Assembly (NCBI GenBank): GCA_016839785.1
Contig: JAEOTQ010000149.1
Location: 1-12,677, forward strand
Source: Candidatus Hodarchaeota archaeon
GTDB taxonomy: Archaea > Asgardarchaeota > Heimdallarchaeia > Hodarchaeales > Hodarchaeaceae
Reading direction: 5' to 3'
Length of the DNA stretch: 12,677 bases
Shown here: piece after piece, positions 8,350-12,677 of the stretch
Position numbering within the stretch: position 1 is the first letter of the stretch
How the letters are laid out: the number at the start of each line of letters is the position of its first letter
Made by a program: the position numbers and the translations under genes
The notes under the pieces: model-generated
Seen by the model: only the letters and a program-made list of their open reading frames with translations
What the model was told of the DNA's origin: nothing
Database searches by the model: none

Positions 8350-8526
8350 ATGGAAGAATACGGGTATTCAACTGAATTCTAACAAGTAAACTCTTCTTTA
8401 ATTGTTCTATCCTATGTTTCTGGCTATTGAGTTCATCTCAATTCATTCCCTAAATGGTATAACTCTCATCTAAAGAAATATCAATTGAACCTCATGTGTT
8501 GCTGTACTGCGAGTAAATGATTACCA

Positions 8527-9324
8527 ATGCCATTAGAAATTAATCAAATTTACAATATGGATTGCATTAAAGGCCTTGCTCAACTTGAGAAAGATTCAAT
8601 TGATCTTTTACTAACTGACCCTCCTTTCGGAATAGATTTTCATAAAGTTGGTACTCAATACAATAGAAAGCAGAAAGAGCTTGGTAAAATGTACCATGAA
8701 GTCTCTGCTGATGATTATTATGATTTTACCTTAAAATGGTTAAAAGGTTGTAGGGATATTATGAAACCCAGTGCAAGCGGGTTTATATTCAGCGGTTGGA
8801 ATCACCTGGGAGATATTTTGAACGCGTTGACAGAACTGGGCTTTCGTATCATCAATCACATAATCTGGAAATATCAATTCGGAGTGTTTACGAAACTTCG
8901 GTTTGTTACAAGCCATTATCATATTCTATATTTTACTAAATTGGGGGCGAAACAGGATAAATTACGGACATTTAATAGGGTACCAGAATATAGCAATTCC
9001 CCTGGCAAGCTTTATTTTGAAGATGTCTGGAGAATTAAAAGAGACTATCAGAAAGGTGGAGAGAAGACACCAACCCGCCTCCCTTTAGCAATCACAGATA
9101 AGTGCATTCGAATGGCGAGTAATAAGAGTGATGTTATACTAGAACCCTTTCTAGGGAGTGGGAGTGTCGTATTATCAGCAATTAAGTATGATCGCCAATT
9201 TTTCGGTTTTGAAATATCTGAAGAGATATATCGAATAGCTGAAAAGCGAATAAAGAACTTTAAAGTCGATCTGAGCTCTAAGGATTCAAGCTTAGATTTC
9301 TGGTTAAGTGATAATGGGAAATGA
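8527..9324 (+). CDS. Site-specific DNA amino-methyltransferase (N6-adenine/N4-cytosine), beta class, apparently orphan
   Basis: 'MDCIKGL...DSIDLLLTDPPF' (motif IV, DPPF variant) precedes the SAM-binding motif I 'VILEPFLGSGS', followed by 'FFGFEI'. 'IIWKY' and 'DVWRI' are also typical of this family. Confidence 0.93.
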   Translation: MPLEINQIYNMDCIKGLAQLEKDSIDLLLTDPPFGIDFHKVGTQYNRKQKELGKMYHEVSADDYYDFTLKWLKGCRDIMKPSASGFIFSGWNHLGDILNALTELGFRIINHIIWKYQFGVFTKLRFVTSHYHILYFTKLGAKQDKLRTFNRVPEYSNSPGKLYFEDVWRIKRDYQKGGEKTPTRLPLAITDKCIRMASNKSDVILEPFLGSGSVVLSAIKYDRQFFGFEISEEIYRIAEKRIKNFKVDLSSKDSSLDFWLSDNGK

Positions 9325-9387
9325 TTCTTTAATTGTTCAGAAAACGAATTGATAAGTAATTTAAAGGATTAAAATGCTCATACCTCG

Positions 9388-10419
9388 GTGGTAAATATGG
9401 TTTTCTTAATTACTGGCGGTACAGGCTTAGTGGGGAGTTTTTTACTAGAGAAAATAGCCTCTGATCCTTCCTTAAACGAAATAGGTTGCCGTGTCATAGT
9501 ACGTAATGCTGAAGGTAAGAAGAAAGTTGAAAAGCTTGGATTAAATCCGATAAAAGCCGATTTAAATGATATTTCTAGCTTGAAAATAGCAATTAAAGAT
9601 GTTACTTCAGTTATCCATCTAGCAGCTAGAGCTGATGATTGGGCGTCTTGGAAAGAGCTTTACAGGGCCAATGTGGAAGGTATAGAAAATTTAGTCTCAG
9701 TTTGTCATAGTGCTAACACTGATCCTTTTATATCTCACACAAGTTCTACAGGAGTATATGGCCATTATATTCCTAGTACACCAATTACTGAGACTTATCG
9801 ATTTAATCCTACGAGTATATACCAAAAAAGCAAATATTTACAAGAAAAGTTTTTATGGAATCTTAAGGATCAGGAAGGATGGAATAATTTTAGTCTTGTA
9901 AGATCACCGAGTATAATCGGACCACGAGATACAAAAACGATAGGGGCCATATTTAAAGCAATATATGAGCATAAATTCCCGATATTAAGGGGAGGGGACA
10001 TGTATGCGACTTTTATTCATCCTTATGATCTTGTAATTGCATTGCTTCTGCTAGTGTCTAACAAATCACATTCAAAAGGACATGGATACAATATTAAATC
10101 TTTTGAATGTAAAATGATAGATTTCTTAGAAGAAATTGTAAACCTAGTTAATCCTTCAAAACCTCCTTCTCCGATGAATTATCGTGTTGTATATACCGTT
10201 GCTGTACTATCTGAACTTTTTTCCAAATTAACGGGTAGGAAAACCACTTTGAATAGGTATCGTGTAACCAAATTCGCGAGATCTCGGCGATACGATGATA
10301 CAAAAATAAAAACTGATCTGGGGTTCAATCCAGAAAAAAATATGAAAATTACACTGCAGGAGTCATATGATTGGTTAACTTCAAATGGACTTTTTCCCCC
10401 AAAACAGAAAGTGGAATAA
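9388..10419 (+). CDS. Extended SDR, NAD-dependent epimerase/dehydratase (3-beta-HSD-like)
   Basis: Rossmann motif 'LITGGTGLVG', plus 'VIHLAA', 'ANVEG', 'SSTGVYG', catalytic YxxxK 'YQKSK' and 'RSPSIIGPRD'. The start may be the ATG at 9397. Confidence 0.92.
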   Translation: MVNMVFLITGGTGLVGSFLLEKIASDPSLNEIGCRVIVRNAEGKKKVEKLGLNPIKADLNDISSLKIAIKDVTSVIHLAARADDWASWKELYRANVEGIENLVSVCHSANTDPFISHTSSTGVYGHYIPSTPITETYRFNPTSIYQKSKYLQEKFLWNLKDQEGWNNFSLVRSPSIIGPRDTKTIGAIFKAIYEHKFPILRGGDMYATFIHPYDLVIALLLLVSNKSHSKGHGYNIKSFECKMIDFLEEIVNLVNPSKPPSPMNYRVVYTVAVLSELFSKLTGRKTTLNRYRVTKFARSRRYDDTKIKTDLGFNPEKNMKITLQESYDWLTSNGLFPPKQKVE

Positions 10420-10537
10420 GGTCACTTTGCAGAAGTTCTCTTAGCCACAACAGGGAGGACTAAGACGGAGAATTTGTGAATATTTAGATATAAATAAAAA
10501 ACATAATTTTTCTAAACTGATTAAATCTAAATTCCCA

Positions 10538-11524
10538 ATGATATTCTTTGAAGGCATCCAGATGAGCGAAGAAAATCCAGATCCAATAATCAATGCTCGG
10601 ATACTTCTAGTTGAGGATTCAAAAGACCATCAGTTTCTGTTTGTGAACCGACTAAATAATCTTGGTATCAACAATATTACAATAAGCGAAACCGGAGAAC
10701 AGGCTGTTGATAAGATAAAGGGTGATCCAAATTATGACCTAATTTTGGTTGATTATAGTCTCCCAACTGGTCTTTCTGGTATTGATGTGATTCGCGAAAT
10801 TCGAAATCTAAACCCAGAAATACCGATAATAATGGTAACTGGTCTAGGTTCCGAACAAATTGCTGTACAAGCAATGAAATTAGGTATACAAGATTATATT
10901 ACTAAGGAAGATCTTCTCCAATCTGATCTTAAGGAAATAATTGTCCCCCTATTACTAGAACGAAAAATTTTACAGGAAACAGCTCTTGCTAAACGATTGA
11001 ACGCCGATCCAACCCAGTTGTCAATTTCTGTTTATAAATTTGGACAAGTAGGGCCAGAACCTTATCTTACCTCTCCCCTTCCATTTGAGAAAGCATTCGA
11101 ATCCGAGCAAATGCGAGAGAATTTTCTGGTAAAACTAGGGACACATTATATGTCAGCTACAGGAACAGGACACAACTATGCCCAAGGATTGTATGAACTC
11201 CCAGTACCGAGTCAGAGGGTTGATTTCGCCGTTGATACACAAAATGAGAAGGAACAACCTCTAAATCCATTTAGCAAATATCATAGTTTAGTTTATGGTT
11301 TCAGAATGACTGAAAAAGAACATTTCGATGAACGAATTAAGCTCAATAACTCATTGAATTATGGTTTAGTCGTTGTAATATTTCCAATACTCTACAGATC
11401 TATTTTACCAAATAGAGCGGTAATAGAAAGACGGTTGAAGGAATTATTAAGCGCCTATCAAGATATGGAAGAATTAGATCTAGAATTTATAAAACGAGCA
11501 CAAAACATTTTTTTCCTTTCATAA
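10538..11524 (+). CDS. Response regulator: N-terminal receiver domain plus an uncharacterised C-terminal alpha/beta domain (putative longin/uDENN-like)
   Basis: Intact receiver residues: 'ILLVED' acidic pocket, phosphoacceptor D72 in 'DLILVDYSLP', T101 in 'IMVTG' and K123 in 'DYITK'. The C-terminal ~170 aa match no standard output domain that I recognise. The start may be the ATG at 10562. Confidence 0.9.
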   Translation: MIFFEGIQMSEENPDPIINARILLVEDSKDHQFLFVNRLNNLGINNITISETGEQAVDKIKGDPNYDLILVDYSLPTGLSGIDVIREIRNLNPEIPIIMVTGLGSEQIAVQAMKLGIQDYITKEDLLQSDLKEIIVPLLLERKILQETALAKRLNADPTQLSISVYKFGQVGPEPYLTSPLPFEKAFESEQMRENFLVKLGTHYMSATGTGHNYAQGLYELPVPSQRVDFAVDTQNEKEQPLNPFSKYHSLVYGFRMTEKEHFDERIKLNNSLNYGLVVVIFPILYRSILPNRAVIERRLKELLSAYQDMEELDLEFIKRAQNIFFLS

Positions 11525-11539
11525 TGAGAGAATGACTAG

Positions 11540-12469
11540 CTACTGTTTCTCATCTATCAAATTCTGTTGTATACTCTGCAGGGAAGAGATTAATGCCAAT
11601 ATAATACTTTCTAAGTAGGTAAACGAGTTAATTAACTCTTTGTTTGATGCTTGTACACCTAAAATTGTTGATGATGGATCCTCGGATTTTAAAATCATAA
11701 AAAGTATTCCGTCCTCGCTTTCCGAATCGATTATGATGAGATTGGGTCGATTTTTCAAAAATTTTTCAAAAGGATCAATAAGAATACTGAAATCTATTAC
11801 TTTTTGATCAAAGATAGGAAGTTTAGAAATATCCCTCAGTTTACTTAAACTTGCTCCTGTTACGGAATGGGATATTAAATCTAATGAAACTTCTCTAGAT
11901 AAAATCACCAGTTCTTCATCTGTTAAAACAAGAGAAACATTTACACCACGTTGTTTGGCCTTTTCAAGTTCATCTTTAATTAATAGTACAAAAACAGGAA
12001 GCATATTTGTAAAAATCTTAGTTTTAGCTCCCTCAATATTTTTTTTCAATAGTCTGAAAATGTGATGTCTACCCTTGATAATCTGTACTTGATGAATTAG
12101 CTCTTCTTCGTTTCCTTCTTCCTCTAAACTATTTGAAATAAGGGTTAATTGATCCTGAACTCGTGTTGCTGCGTTCTCAATCGGTTCAGTTAGTTGTTTC
12201 TTTAGTATTAATGACAGTTTTTCAGGTTCGTATAAAAGGCTGTATACATTAGCTGATCCTGTTATTTCATCCATTTTAACAAGTTCTAACCCGATTAACG
12301 CTTCAAGAACTTGGTAAATTTTGTTTCGGGGTACTTGAGAAACAGAAACTAATTTTGAAGCTGGTAGTGAACGTCCTGATTTGACTAATGCTATAAGAAC
12401 TCTAGCTTCATACTCCTTTAGCCCCAAATGGACTAGATCTGATACCAAGGATTGTCCCAAACCTTCCAT
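11540..12469 (-). CDS. TrmB-family transcriptional regulator (N-terminal wHTH, C-terminal effector-binding domain)
   Basis: 'LGLKEYEARVLIALV...ASKLVSVSQVPRNKIYQVLEALIGLELV' is the TrmB HTH signature. 'IIKGRHHI...IEGAKTKI...ELEKAKQRGVNV' matches the start of the TrmB C-terminal domain. AGGAG lies at 12486..12482. Confidence 0.92.
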   Translation of the reverse strand: MEGLGQSLVSDLVHLGLKEYEARVLIALVKSGRSLPASKLVSVSQVPRNKIYQVLEALIGLELVKMDEITGSANVYSLLYEPEKLSLILKKQLTEPIENAATRVQDQLTLISNSLEEEGNEEELIHQVQIIKGRHHIFRLLKKNIEGAKTKIFTNMLPVFVLLIKDELEKAKQRGVNVSLVLTDEELVILSREVSLDLISHSVTGASLSKLRDISKLPIFDQKVIDFSILIDPFEKFLKNRPNLIIIDSESEDGILFMILKSEDPSSTILGVQASNKELINSFTYLESIILALISSLQSIQQNLIDEKQ

Positions 12470-12506
12470 AAGTCTAATTTTCTCCTAAAAATATACAACT
12501 TTTTGT

Positions 12507-12523
12507 TGTCACTACGAGTGGTG
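12507..12523. promoter_or_regulatory. Candidate TrmB-family operator 1 (TGTCAC-tacga-GTGGTG)
   Basis: 9/12 match to the Thermococcales glycolytic motif TATCAC-N5-GTGATA, with a perfect inner palindrome CACT-N3-AGTG. Confidence 0.45.
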
Positions 12524-12537
12524 ATGGGATGATAAGC

Positions 12538-12545
12538 CTTATAAA
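12538..12545 (-). promoter_or_regulatory. Candidate archaeal TATA box (TTTATAAG) for the TrmB-family gene
   Basis: Close to the TTTAWAWR consensus and about 70 nt upstream of the ATG. The core TTATAA is palindromic, so it could also serve a divergent gene. Confidence 0.5.
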
Positions 12546-12548
12546 TGT

Positions 12549-12565
12549 TACCACCCATGGTGAAA
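12549..12565. promoter_or_regulatory. Candidate TrmB-family operator 2 (TACCAC-ccatg-GTGAAA)
   Basis: 10/12 match to TATCAC-N5-GTGATA, lying immediately upstream of the candidate minus-strand TATA box (BRE position). Confidence 0.5.
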
Positions 12566-12677
12566 ACAGAAACAAAAGGAAGAGTCAAGGGATCTTTTAA
12601 AATATCGAATTCAACCTTGAGTGATATAAACCCATTGCGGAACTCCATATATACTAAATAGTGTTAAAAGATTCAAC

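Noticed and set aside
8356-8369. Palindrome GAATAC-GG-GTATTC just after the M20 gene
   Set aside because: Single short occurrence with a 2-nt loop and no T-tract; cannot be distinguished from chance.
8740-9088. Short ORFs 8740..8922 (-) and 8903..9088 (+)
   Set aside because: Both are nested in the intact methyltransferase; no frameshift is needed to explain that gene.
8350-9387. Restriction-modification or defence island around the methyltransferase
   Set aside because: No endonuclease, specificity subunit, integrase or transposase nearby, and no obvious compositional shift.
9710-10874. Short nested ORFs 9710..9901 (+) and 10677..10874 (-)
   Set aside because: Alternative-frame or antisense ORFs inside the SDR and the response regulator, with no independent support.
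12433-12648. Minus-strand 71-aa ORF upstream of the TrmB gene, and a 34-codon plus-strand ORF starting at 12557
   Set aside because: The 71-aa ORF overlaps the trmB start, and both span its probable promoter/operator region. No recognisable protein features, so the region is better explained as regulatory.

Overview
AT-rich, densely coding archaeal chromosomal segment. Archaeal origin is supported by a stand-alone Taw1/TYW1 radical SAM enzyme, a TrmB-family regulator, a GH57 hydrolase and GGTGA/AGGAG ribosome-binding sites. An Asgard (Heimdallarchaeia-like) source is my inference from the response regulator's C-terminal domain and the overall gene style. Gene order: partial minus-strand CDS at the left edge; then, on the plus strand, degenerate nitroreductase, CheW-like protein, histidine kinase with a MEDS-like N-terminus, winged-helix regulator, taw1, two hypothetical proteins sharing a small domain, GH57, M20 metallopeptidase, orphan beta-class DNA methyltransferase, extended SDR and response regulator; then a convergent TrmB-family gene. 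I saw no RNA genes, CRISPR arrays or mobile elements. The best leads are: (1) a receiver domain fused to a putative longin/uDENN-like domain, which could link two-component phosphorelay to eukaryote-like GTPase-regulator folds; (2) a nitroreductase-CheW-MEDS kinase-wHTH cluster with no CheA or chemoreceptor; (3) a tandem paralogous pair of small beta-rich/alpha domains, one carrying a long acidic tail; (4) TGM-like palindromes flanking the trmB TATA box; (5) a PIP-box-like tail on the methyltransferase. All domain calls were made by eye from motifs, without database searches.
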